Made by a program: the position numbers and the translations under genes. A DNA stretch of 64,000 bases from Macrostomum lignano. Lineage: Eukaryota. The notes below the pieces were generated by a model that saw only the letters and a list, made by a program, of their open reading frames with translations, ran no database searches and was not told where the DNA came from. How positions within the stretch are numbered: position 1 is the stretch's first letter; every line of letters begins with the position of its first letter. The stretch spans positions 1-64,000 of the forward strand of contig NIVC01001201.1 of assembly GCA_002269645.1 (NCBI GenBank), read 5' to 3'. This document shows positions 44,765 through 55,513 of this stretch, one piece after another.

Positions 44765-47005
44765 TCAGGCGGCAGCGGACAGGTCGCAGCAGTGGACGGT
44801 GCTGCCGGAGTCGGCCACGAACACGCGGTCAGGCCGGGTGCCGCAGAGGGCGTTCACCTTGTCGCTGTGGGCGAAGGACGCGCCGGCCTGCTCGGAGTCC
44901 AGCGCCCACAAATAGCAGCGCCGGTCGTTGCCGCCGGACAGCAGCAGGTGGCCGGGCAGGCACAGCAGGGCGCTGACACCGGCCGAGTGTCCGTAGAGGC
45001 TCTCAGACTGCAGCAGGTGGCGGCCGGAGCCGCTGAACAATTCCACGGAGCCGTTCTCCAGGCCGGCTGCCACGAACTGCCCGTCGGAGCTGGCGGCCAG
45101 GCAGTGCACCAGCGGCGGGTTCACGCCGATGCCGCTGGCTGACACCGTCGACTCGGCGTCCTGCAGCTCGCTCATGTCGAATATGTTGACGGCCTCGCCG
45201 CGGTGGCCCTTCCAGTCGGTGACAACCAGGCGATAGTCCATGCCGCCTGAGATCACCTGCGGGAGGGGGACGGCGTGTGAAATGCTGAGATCCCCGGGGT
45301 GTTGATGTTGATCCCGCTGAGATACCAGGGATGTTGATGTTGATCCCGCTGAGATCTCCGTGATCTTGATATTGATCCCGCAGAGATCCCAGGGATGTTG
45401 ACATTGATCCCGCAGAGATCCCAGGGATGTTGACATTGATCCCGCTGAGATCCCAATAAAGTGAAGTGAAACAAAGGTGGCTGAAATCCCGGGCCCAAAC
45501 GACTCACATGCCAGGTGCGGGTTGGCCGGAAGATCACAGCCGATGCGATGTTGTCGTGCTTGTGCAGGGCGCGCACCAGCTCGCCGCTGACGGCGTCGAA
45601 GATTTTCACGGCGCCGGTGTCGTCAGCCGTGGCCAGCCGCCGCTCCTCCTCCAGCAGGGCCACCGAGTTCACCTCGTCTTCGGCTGCGCAGATGGACAGC
45701 AGCGGCTGTGCCGGGCTGCGCAGGTCCCAGGCGTGCACCGCGCTGCCCTGCAGGCAGGGAGAGGACACGGGCGCGGTGTGGGATCACTCCATAGTGTGGG
45801 ATCACCCCATAGTGTGGGATCACCCCATAGTGTGGGATCACTCCATAGTGTGGGATCACTCCATAGTGTGGGATCACCCCATAGTGTGGGATCACTCCAT
45901 AGAGTGGGATTACTCCATAGTGTGGGATCACCCCATAGAGTGGGATCACCCTATAGTGTGGGATCACTTTATAGTGTGGGATCACCCTATAGTGTGGGAT
46001 CACCCTATAGTGTGGGATCACTTTATAGTGTGGGATCACCTATAGTGTGGAATCACTTTATAGTGTGGGATCACTATAATGTGGGATCACTTTATAGTGT
46101 GGCATCACTTTATAGTGCGGCATCACTTTATAGTGTGGGATCACTTTATAGTGTGGCATCACCCTATAGTGTGGGATCACCCTATAGTGTGGGATCACTC
46201 CATAGAGTGGGATCACATCATAGAGTGGGATCACTCCATAGTGTGGGATCACCCCATAGTGTGGGATCACCCCATAGTGTGGGATCACTCCATAGAGTGG
46301 GATCACATCATAGAGTGGGATCACTCCATAGTGTGGGATCACCCCATAGTGTGGGATCACTCCATAGTGTGGGATCACCCCATAGTGTGGGATCACTTCA
46401 TAGTGTGGGATCACTCCATAGTGTGGGATCACATCATAGTGTGGGATAACCCCATAGTGTGGGATCACCTATAGTGTGGGATAACCCCATAGTGTGGGAT
46501 CACCTATAGTGTGGGATTACCTATAGTGTGGGATCACCCCATAGTGTGGGATCACCTATAGTGTGGGATCACTTCATAGTGTGGGATCACTCCATAGTGT
46601 GGGATCACATCATAGTGTGGGATAACCCCATAGTGTGGGATCACCTATAGTGTGGGATCACCTATAGTGTGGGATCACATCATAGTGTGGGATAACCCCA
46701 AAGTGTGGGATCACTCCATAGTGTGGGATCACCCCATAGTGGTGGGATCACCCCAGTACCTGAGCGGCAAACAGCAGCCGACCGGAGGCAAAGCCGGGCG
46801 ATGAGAACGCCAGCGATACAACGGGAGCGCCGGCGGGGCCGCCGCACTGCCACTTGGCAGTCAGGAGGCGCTGGCCGGCGTCCCATAAGCAGATGGCGGC
46901 GTCGTCGGCCCCGGAGGCCAGCAGGCTGGAGTCGTGGTCCAGCGCCAGGCAGTTCACGGATGCGGAGTGGCCGTTGGCCAGAGCGGATGATGCAGAGGTG
47001 GCCAT
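44765..47005 (-). CDS. WDR53: WD repeat-containing protein 53, 3 exons, 325 aa
   Basis: Exons 47005-46760, 45747-45508, 45256-44765, phase 0, GT-AG. GHSASVNCL, LASGADD, EDEVNSVAL, LATADDTGAVKI, HDNIASAVIFRP, ISGGMD, VNPPLVHCLA, GHSAGVS, LLSGGND, HSDKVN, FVADS align with the WDR53 family. Confidence 0.85.
45280..45452. repeat. ~32-bp minisatellite in WDR53 intron 2
   Basis: gatcccgc(t/a)gagatcccagggatgttgacatt, ~5 copies. Confidence 0.85.
45775..46755. repeat. 18-bp minisatellite filling WDR53 intron 1
   Basis: atagtgtgggatcac(c/t)(c/t)(c/t); starts 4 nt after the GT donor and ends ~30 nt before the AG. Confidence 0.95.
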
Positions 47006-47108
47006 AAAGTTTATGCAACAGTACAGTAAAGCAGGAATGGGGAAAAGTACACAGTGGGAGACAGATGGGAGGGGTCTGTAGGGATGTCAGTTCTCAATTT
47101 AGTTGGAC

Positions 47109-49060
47109 TCAGCGGACATGGCGATTTAAGCTGCGAGCGCGATGGTTGAACGCGTAGAAGCTGGGCCGGTTGATGTTGTCCCAGACTCTGCAAGTGCAGG
47201 TGCATGATTCATCAGCTTAGTCAGGTTGTTTGTGTTAGGGTAAACGGCGGGAGTAACTATTACCCTGGTCTAAACAACCTATGCCTCGTCATCTAATCAG
47301 TAGTTATTTAACCTTCCGCAGCTGAACTGCTCACTTGTTCTCAGGCTCGGCAGCAGCAAATATCACTCTGAAGTCGCCAGCAATGTTAACAATGCCAATG
47401 CAGACAATGGCAAAGCCTAGCAGGCACTCGATGGCAATGTCCAGTGGCAGCTGCTCAAATTCCTCTTCACTAAGTCGCAGGATGCGGCGATCTGTTGTGA
47501 GGCCAGGATAAGGCAGGAAAAGCAACATTAAATGGCCAGCTTTGGCTGCAGACTCTTCTAAAGCATGAAAAAATTGTTGCACAAATTAAACATTTTATTT
47601 GGATAGCTAAAATTCAATGCAAATTTTGCTGTAATCCAGCACACTATAACAAATGAAAACAATGCAAAATAAACCATTGACTAAGCATTTAATTATTACA
47701 TATTTGGTATCTACTAGAAAAACAACTATTGCCCCCTATGAATTATTATAAAAAAATTGCATGCATGGCTCATAACTGGGACTATGGAATTTAGGCCTCT
47801 ATCTAAGAGCCCTTGTGTTGCTTCCTCCCAATGTTGCCACTTGAACTTGAGTAAGTATTCGCATAGGAAGATCAAATTTGCATAGCCAAGCCTATTTTTT
47901 TGGATTCATAAGTTGGTATGGCATATTTTTTATGCAATAAAAGAGCTTTTTGCAAACTTTTCATTGAAGATATCCCTATGCAGATATCTCTTGTACCAAA
48001 ATATAATAATTGGTTTTTAAAGTTTTCTACTAGAAATGAACTATTTCATGCTAATAATATATAGGCAATTAGCTTGCTATAATAGACTAGAAGATGGAAT
48101 ATCAGGTGAAGTTAGAATGGAATATAAAGGTTAGATTAGGCCTATAAGGTGGAATATATGACATGGATTATAGGGTTGATAATTGTCTCATTTATGCAGA
48201 AAAAGAAATTAGAAAATTTGTATAGTTTATAAAATTTGCCTAATGGCAATATTCCCCACTCCTAAATATATATTTCTTTTATAGTACCTGATTTTCGATC
48301 AAATGGTACAAGTTTAAAGAAAATTGGTTGAGCCATTTTTTCTAAAAACAATCACATAGCTAGATAGCTATATGCAAACAACTAATTTTTAGTATATAAG
48401 ACTACTATACAATTTCACTAAGTATTTTTATTTTATTATACACTTGATATCATTGAGACTAGGCCTATACTAGAAATCATGTCATGTAAAATATACTGAT
48501 ATGGTAGAAAGCATACATCATGGCCATATTAAAAAACGATTTGCAATATATTCTAGTGTGCATCTAACATGATCCAGAATATTGGAGTATCCAAACTCTG
48601 GAATATTGTCATATAACTAAAAATCTAGATTTTTACTTAGAATTGTGAAGTTTTTATTAAAAATATAATGATTTTTTTTAATTTTGTGTTTACTTACTAT
48701 TTCCACTATGAACTTCTTATGGAGACGAAAAACAGTGGCAGATATAGGATTTTATTTTTTTAAAGTAGTGGGGCAGATTGGCCTAACTTTTTTGGTTGGC
48801 CCAAAATAACCCCTAAAAATAGGACCTAAATAAGCCCGACATAGCAGCCCTAAGACTTAGACCTCTACATATCATTAAGGTAGGAATATAAAGTCACATT
48901 ACTATTACAAACAAAGTTAAAAAATTGAATTTCACGAATGTCAGATTGTTACAATTACAATACTGTACCACAATAACTCACGCTGTGCGGCGGAATAGGC
49001 TGAATGTAGGAGAAGTATAGCACCAACTAAAGTAGCAAACCTGCCATAAGTAAATGTCAT
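47109..49060 (-). CDS. EMC5: ER membrane protein complex subunit 5 (MMGT1 family), 3 exons, 104 aa
   Basis: Exons 49060-48982, 47491-47335, 47187-47109 (phases 1,2). MTFTYGRFATLVGAILLLHSAYSAAQHRRILRLSEEEFEQLPLDIAIECLLGFAIVCIGIVNIAGDF...NKVWDNINRPSFYAFNHR matches the EMC5/MMGT1 motifs HAAxSAAQHR, LPxDI, NxPSFYxFNHR. Confidence 0.92.
47238..47301 (+). other. 28S rRNA-like fragment (R2/I-PpoI site region), copy C, antisense within EMC5 intron 2
   Basis: GGGTAAACGGCGGGAGTAACTA (22/22 to 28S) + 21-nt divergent core + ATGCCTCGTCATCTAATCAGT (20/21). Confidence 0.85.
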
Positions 49061-50277
49061 CTTCTATAGCAAAAATGCTGAAATATAAAGAGCTCGAGCC
49101 GCAACTGAGTTTATTGCAGTGCTCAGTTGGTTGGTGAAGCGACTTTAAGTTTCAGAGAAATCGGAGGCAGTTTGAAAAATAGGCGTAACACTTTCTGATA
49201 GTTAAACGCAATCTGTAGTACTTAATTTAGTATATATTTCATTAGGCTAGTTTCAGTATATAAAACATGCATTGAATTCTAACTAAAAAGCATTGTCTAG
49301 TCATTACCTTTGTGTAAATAAATAAGACGATATTTAAAAGCATAGACTTGATAATTAATTTTCGTGGCAGAAAGTCTAAACAAACCATATTTAGTAGTAC
49401 ATGGATTTGAGATTTAGTTATATAGATAGAAGAAGACAGGCAGACCTTAGAGATTTAGTATAGTGTGATGATCACCTTTTTCGTCCGTGGCGCTCAAAGT
49501 TAAACTAGGCTAGGGGTCATCTAGCAGATGTCGAGGTCCAAGTCCGACAAAATTTCATGTTGTATTTTTTTACTTGCTTTGTTTACTTTGTGAATAACAG
49601 GCTTATTTTATATCCATATTAAAAATGGTTTGTCTTGTCGGTAAGTAGGTATCTCTCTTATCTATCTATCTATTGGTGTGAACGATTTCGGAAAACGCTA
49701 CTCAAACGATTTTTATGAGAGATGAGGCTTGCACTGTTCGATCAGAAATTTTCTGGTGACAGTACACCTGTCGTGGCTAAGAAATTGCTCAATGCTAAAT
49801 CATTGGGTGCGATGGGTGGTACAGTTGCAAATTGGGGCAGTAGCTAATGGGCCCAATTAATTAAGATTCATTTGGCAAAGATAATATAAAATATAAAAAT
49901 ATATTTATATTTATACCAATTGTTAGTGAGTCAAGTATTTAAAAAAAGTTTTTAATGCCCAGCCCACCATTTTTAATGGTGGGTTAATTTGAATACCCAC
50001 CATTGGGGCTTATTGTTGTAGTATGCTCATGTAAACTTAACAATACCAAAAAGTTGCCATCTCAGGTTCTGTCTGTGGTTGCCTTTTTTAAAAGTGCAAA
50101 TAAAGCCTCTTGTTGGACTTTGACTGACTCTGATCTTTTATGGACTGTGGGCTTGGGGGTCAGTGCTTGGGGTAGGTTATTTTCTGGTGAGGGTTTGCAT
50201 ATTTTATGTATATTGTTGCTCATTCTCTATTCTACCCATTATGCATGTCTTATCTCTGTCACCTATCTGGACCGAAT

Positions 50278-50574
50278 CATACATGCGCAACCTCCAAATT
50301 TCGGTCGGCCATGCGACTTAGTTTTAACAAAAATGCGACGTAGTTTTTGGCCAAAAATGCGACTTACATGTAAAAAAACCCGAAAGCAAAATTAACGCAA
50401 CTTTGGGTAAACGGCAGGAGTAACTATGACTGTCTTATAAAGCCAAAATGCCTCGTCAGCTACTTAGTACTACTACTCGGTGTTTTTTCGGGTTGGCATT
50501 TTTGCGACTTCCTTGGTTGGCCGCCAAATCGGTCGGCCGGATCGGCCGACTCGGCCGACTGTTGCGCATGTATG
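50278..50574 (+). mobile_element. hAT-type MITE, copy 2, containing a 28S rRNA-like segment (50405-50468)
   Basis: TIR CATACATGCGCAAC...GTTGCGCATGTATG; 8-bp TSD gaccgaat (50270-50277 and 50575-50582); homologous to 7638-7936. Confidence 0.9.
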
Positions 50575-51351
50575 GACCGAATGCTATGTTGCAATGCTTA
50601 TTAAAATGTGTTTCTAATCAAAGGTTGACTTCAATAGACTTTTGTCACTACTTGAGAGCTAAAGCTATCGACTTTCACCTCTCTTCTTTGCAAGTAACAT
50701 AACTTGCTATGCCACTGCAGGTTTGAGTTGAGGAATGAAGTGGGAGAGGGGTGCAGTATGTAAAGGTTTTATTGGATAGATTAAGGCTACCCAATTAGTT
50801 TTCTGGTATCTTTTATTTTAGAACAAAAATTGGACTAAAGAACACTGATACATAGAATGGCAACTTTTCAATGTTGCTAAATATAAATAAAATTTTAAAA
50901 TAATGAAAAAATTGGTTTGAAAGTGGGTCAAATATTCAAAAAATGATTTTTCATACTTTCAATGTTTAAATTTTGAATTCGAATACCCCCATGGGGCTTC
51001 AAGTGCTAGTTAATGCTAATTTTGGCCTTCGTAATAAACCTTTGTTTATTGGAAATTATATTAATAACCAAATGTTTAGTGGCAAGAAATAGACATTTGT
51101 AGGAGTTTTATTTATTTTTTTTTTCAAAATTGGCATATTTCAAAATTAGTAGATTTTATTTTATTAAAATAATAGTTTATTCATATGCCCTGCCACTATT
51201 AGGGATATGAACTATTGCTATCATTATATAGTATTCAATTGTAGTTAAAAGTCATTTCTATTCAATTCATTTCTCAGTCAATCAACAAAACTTGCAGCAG
51301 CCTCAGCAGCCAGGCGGCCTACCCACAGCTCTCCAGTGCCCCTAGCCAGAA

Positions 51352-51912
51352 ATGCCAGTCTTCATAGTCATGGGCCCATCTGGCTGTGGCAAGACCTCAA
51401 TAGCCGCAGCCATGGCCAGCCACTTCCGTCTGCCATACGCCGAGGCAGACGACTTTCACAGCGAGGCCAGCCAGTCGAAGATGAGGCGCGGCGAGCCGCT
51501 GACAGATGCAGATCGGCTGCCCTGGCTGCTGGAGCTGCACAGGCGGGTGGCTGATTGGCTGGCTGCTGGCCAGGATGCTGTGATCACCTGCTCGGCACTG
51601 AAGCGCTCCTACCGACGCCTGCTGATGACGGGCCGCACCGATGAGGCGTCGGCAGTGTCAACAGACGCTGATGCCTCTGCTGTGCTGTTCATTCACCTGG
51701 CCGTGCCGCGGGAGACTCTGCTGGCCCGGGTGGCGGCCAGGCGGGGCCATTTCTTCCCAGCTGGCCTGGTGGAGTCGCAGCTGGCCTGTCTGGAGCCGCC
51801 AGACCCGGCCGAGGAGCCAGCGGTGCTGGTTGACGCTGACAGGCCCGAGCCTGCCGTGCTGCAGGCTGTGATTGGCGCCGTGGCTCAGAGGCTGCAGCCG
51901 CACCGGTTTTAG
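51352..51912 (+). CDS. IDNK: Gluconokinase (thermoresistant/GntK-type), single exon, 186 aa
   Basis: P-loop IVMGPSGCGKT, EADDFH, KMRRGEPLTDADRLPWL, ITCSALKRSYR, RRGHFFPAGLVESQLACLEPP. Confidence 0.93.
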   Translation: MPVFIVMGPSGCGKTSIAAAMASHFRLPYAEADDFHSEASQSKMRRGEPLTDADRLPWLLELHRRVADWLAAGQDAVITCSALKRSYRRLLMTGRTDEASAVSTDADASAVLFIHLAVPRETLLARVAARRGHFFPAGLVESQLACLEPPDPAEEPAVLVDADRPEPAVLQAVIGAVAQRLQPHRF

Positions 51913-51989
51913 CAAAGGAGTCCGTGTCTTTGAAAGTATTGCTTCCTTTATTTGCATTTGCACTGACGGCAATATTTAATTACTGTTAA

Positions 51990-52625
51990 AGTAGCTCAGC
52001 AGTTGAGTAGCTCAGGGTAGCTCAGCAGTTGAGTAGCTCAGAGTAGCTCAGCAGTTGAGTAGCTCAGCGGTAGAGTAGCTTAGCAGTTAAGTAGCTCAGC
52101 AGTTGAGTAGCTTAGCAGTTAAGTAGCTCAGCAGTTGAGTAGCTCAGCAGTTAATTAGCTCAGCAGTTGAGTAGCTCAGCAGTTGAGTAGCTCAGCAGTT
52201 GAGTAGCTCAGCAGTTGAGTAGCTCAGCAGTTGAGTAGCTTAGCAGTTAAGTAGCTCAGCAGTTGAGTAGCTCAGCAGTTAATTAGCTCAGCAGTTGAGT
52301 AGCTCAGCAGTTGAGTAGCTCAGCAGTTGAGTAGCTTAGCAGTTAAGTAGCTCAGCAGTTGAGTAGCTCAGCAGTTAATTAGCTCAGCAGTTGAGTAGCT
52401 CAGCAGTTGAGTAGCTCAGCGGTAGCTCAGCAGTCGAGTAGCTCAGCGGTAGCTCAGCAGTTGAGTAGCTCAGCAGTTGAGTAGCTCAGCGGTAGCTCAG
52501 CAGTTAAGTAGCTCAGCAGTTGAGTAGCTCAGCAGTCGAGTAGCTCAGTAGTAGAGTAGCTCAGCAGTTGACTAGCTCAGCAGTTAATTAGCTCAGCAGT
52601 TGAGTAGCTCAGCGGTAGAGTAGCT
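51990..52625. repeat. 16-bp minisatellite resembling a tRNA D-arm/A-box
   Basis: (gtagctcagcagttga)n, ~38 copies, with variants tagctcagcggtagag. Confidence 0.9.
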
Positions 52626-52690
52626 CAACGGCTAACCTATCTGTCTTTCTCACCAAAGTAGTCGGGGGTTCGATTCCAAGAGCGGTCACT
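52605..52690 (+). pseudogene. tRNA-derived (SINE-like) head: A-box plus B-box
   Basis: TAGCTCAGCGGTAGAG at the array end, followed ~55 nt later by GGGTTCGATTCC; no intact cloverleaf. Confidence 0.55.
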
Positions 52691-53121
52691 TCACTAGTTT
52701 TTGAAATTTGCAGAAAAAAAATAAGCCCGTGGCTTGTACGATTTATGTAATAGCTTACGCATTCTTGCTTGCTACTGAAAGTAGAGACAACTGTTATGCA
52801 TTTTAGATCTACCATTTAAAAAGTATTCATCACACTTGAATCCGTAGGGGCTTATGCGTACCTTAAGCTTTTAATTGAAAACATAATGCTTAGAAAATCA
52901 TGATTTTTTTATCTGAGAGGCTCTTTCAGAGGAACTTTCGAATTTTCAAAGTGACTAAATCCTAGCGCGTTAGCCTCCTGCTAGATGCTTTATAATATTG
53001 TGCAATTGCTAGTTTTTGATGCGTCATTTTTCACTACTTTCAGTACGAATAAGAGAATTTTATAACCGTTTTTATGTCTCTTGTCATTTCTTTAAAATGA
53101 AATCGTTTAGACTGTTAAAAG

Positions 53122-54075
53122 CACTGGCTTCCCTCCAATCTGCGCTCACCCATCAATGTACACACTAGCTTCCCTCCAATCTGCGCCCACCCCTCAATGT
53201 ACACACTGGCTTCCCTCCAATATGTGCCCACCCCTCAATTTAAACACTAGCTTCCCTCTAATCTGCGCCCACCCCTCAATGTACACACTGGCTTCCCTCC
53301 AATCTGTGCCCACCCCTCAATGTACACACTAGCTTCCCTCCAATCTGCGCCCACCCCTCAATGTACACACTGGCTTCACTGGCTGTGCCCACCCCTCAAT
53401 GTACACACTGGCTTCCCTCCAATCTGTGCCCACCCCTCAATGTACACACTGGCTTCCCTCCAATCTGTGCCCACCCCTCAATGTACACACTGGCTTCCCT
53501 CCAATCTGTGCCCACCCCTCAATGTACACACTGGCTTCCCTCCAATCTGTGCCCACCCCTCGATGTACACACTGGCTTCACTGGCTGTGCCCACCCCTCA
53601 ATGTACACACTGGCTTCCCTCCAATCTGTGCCCACCCCTCAATGTACACACTGGCTTCCCTCCAATCTGTGCCCACCCCTCAATGTACACACTGGCTTCC
53701 CTCCAATCTGTGCCCACCCCTCAATGTACACACTGGCTTCCCTCCAATCTGTGCCCACCCCTCAATGTACACACTGGCTTCCCTCCAATCTGTGCCCACC
53801 CCTCAATGTACAGTCTTGCCCATCTAACACAGTTAACATAGTAACCGCACTTACACTGGCTTCCCTCCAATCTGTGCCCACCCCTCAATGTACACACTGG
53901 CTTCCCTCCAATCTGTGCCCACCCCTCAATGTACACACTGGCTTCCCTCCAATCTGTGCCCACCCCTCAATGTACACACTGGCTTCCCTCCAATCTGTGC
54001 CCACCCCTCAATGTACACACTAGCTTCCCTCCAATCTGTGCCCACCCCTCAATGTACAGTCTTGCCCATCTAACA
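53122..54075. repeat. 41-bp minisatellite with a higher-order duplication
   Basis: cacactggcttccctccaatctgtgcccacccctcaatgta; the terminal acagtcttgcccatctaacacag occurs twice (~53810, ~54057). Confidence 0.93.
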
Positions 54076-54619
54076 CAGCCGAATTTAAATCCGATGGACC
54101 CTCTTATCCGCACTTACACAGCCCACATATCTGTAATTCATAGCGACAGAGAGATTTATCTCACAAACAGTCAAGCATTCCAATGCCAAGGCAAAGGATC
54201 ATGCAGACATGCAATGCGGGCGCCCTCAAAGACTATGGCACAGGGTTGCTCAAATTCATTTGGCCATCAACAATCACGCCTGTCCCGCCCTACTTGTTGT
54301 TTGTCCTAATCCCTTTAAACGGCCTTGTACTTTATGGAAATCGGCTCAAGTCAGATTGTATTGCACTCAGTTTTAATCAAATCTTGCTCATATCTTTGTG
54401 ACGCGATGCTTTGAGAGAGGGAAAGCAATAAATTTGAAATTCTAGAAGTGGCTACATTTGCTAATCGCATTGGCTCCATTTCTAGCTGCTTTTTTATGGA
54501 TTGCCTCTGTTCTTGTTTTTCTAGTGGCAATGCACTTTCCCTGCTGTAGTGGCGTTTTTGCATCTCTGAGATAATCACTGAGTGTAGAGTGATGCGCTCT
54601 CCAGCTGAGTACTGATTTT

Positions 54620-54845
54620 TCACTCTCAGACTGCCTTTCACTCTGTTCACTCTCAGACTCTGCCTTTCACTCTGCTCACTCTCAGACATTGCCTTTCACT
54701 CTGCTCACTCCTCACTCCTCACTCTGCTCACTCAGGCTGAGGCTGCAGACTCTGCCTTTCACTCTGCTCACTCTCAGACTCTGCCTTTCACTCTGCTCAC
54801 TCTAAGACTCTGCCTTTCACTCTGCTGCTTTCACTCTTCTTTCAC
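54620..54845. repeat. ~29-bp pyrimidine-rich repeat upstream of ABHD13
   Basis: ctgcctttcactctgctcactctcagact. Confidence 0.85.
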
Positions 54846-55210
54846 AGAGATTCCCAATTCCCAGAATAAACTTTCTCTCCGACTCACCAATCTCACTGAC
54901 TAACATTCTAGAAACCTACTACCCGCTCTAGCCCCAATTTTGACATTTTTGCATGCCTTTGGCAGCCAGCCCGGACCGCGCAAGGCGTTACAGTAACAGC
55001 AGCAGCAGTAGCAGCGGCAGCAACAGCAGCACCAGAGCGGCCCTGCTGCCATCGCGCTTGCAGTCCCGGGAGCCGCCTCAGCCTGCAGCAGCAGCAGCAG
55101 CAGAATCCGCCACCGCACAGTCCGCCGCCCCCAGCCTCACCGAGTCGGCGGAAATCCCGGAGGAAGCCGGCCAAAGCTCGGCGGCCGTCACGGAGCCTCC
55201 AGCCGCCGAC

Positions 55211-55462
55211 ATGCGGTTGTCATCCGCCTGCTGCTGCTGCGGCCTCGGCCGGCGGGCCCGCCATCGTTTGGCTGGCGGTGCCGACTTTGTCCGGCGACAC
55301 CTGGCCTTCGCCCTGGCCCCGGCCGCCTGCCTGCTGGCCGTGGAATCCGGCGGGCTCGTAGCCTTCGCAGTGCTGCTGCTGGGAGCGCTGCTGGGCCTCC
55401 TCAGCCTCGAGGCCTACCTGGTCTACTGCAGGAATGAGCCTCCCGAGTCCAGGTGTGACAGA

Positions 55463-55513
<51 letters not shown>

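Noticed and set aside
47238-47301. A true rRNA gene, or a canonical C/D or H/ACA snoRNA
   Set aside because: Only ~64 nt match with an altered core. The CUGA boxes are not adjacent to the antisense arms, and no hinge/ACA layout is evident. Kept only as an atypical RNA candidate.
51352-51912. Intronless gluconokinase as a bacterial horizontal transfer
   Set aside because: IDNK orthologs are widespread in animals, and codon style matches neighbouring host exons; a phylogeny would be needed to claim otherwise.
54953-55210. N-terminal extension of ABHD13 from the upstream open frame
   Set aside because: No ATG before 55211; the Ser/Ala-rich stretch looks like GC-rich 5'UTR.
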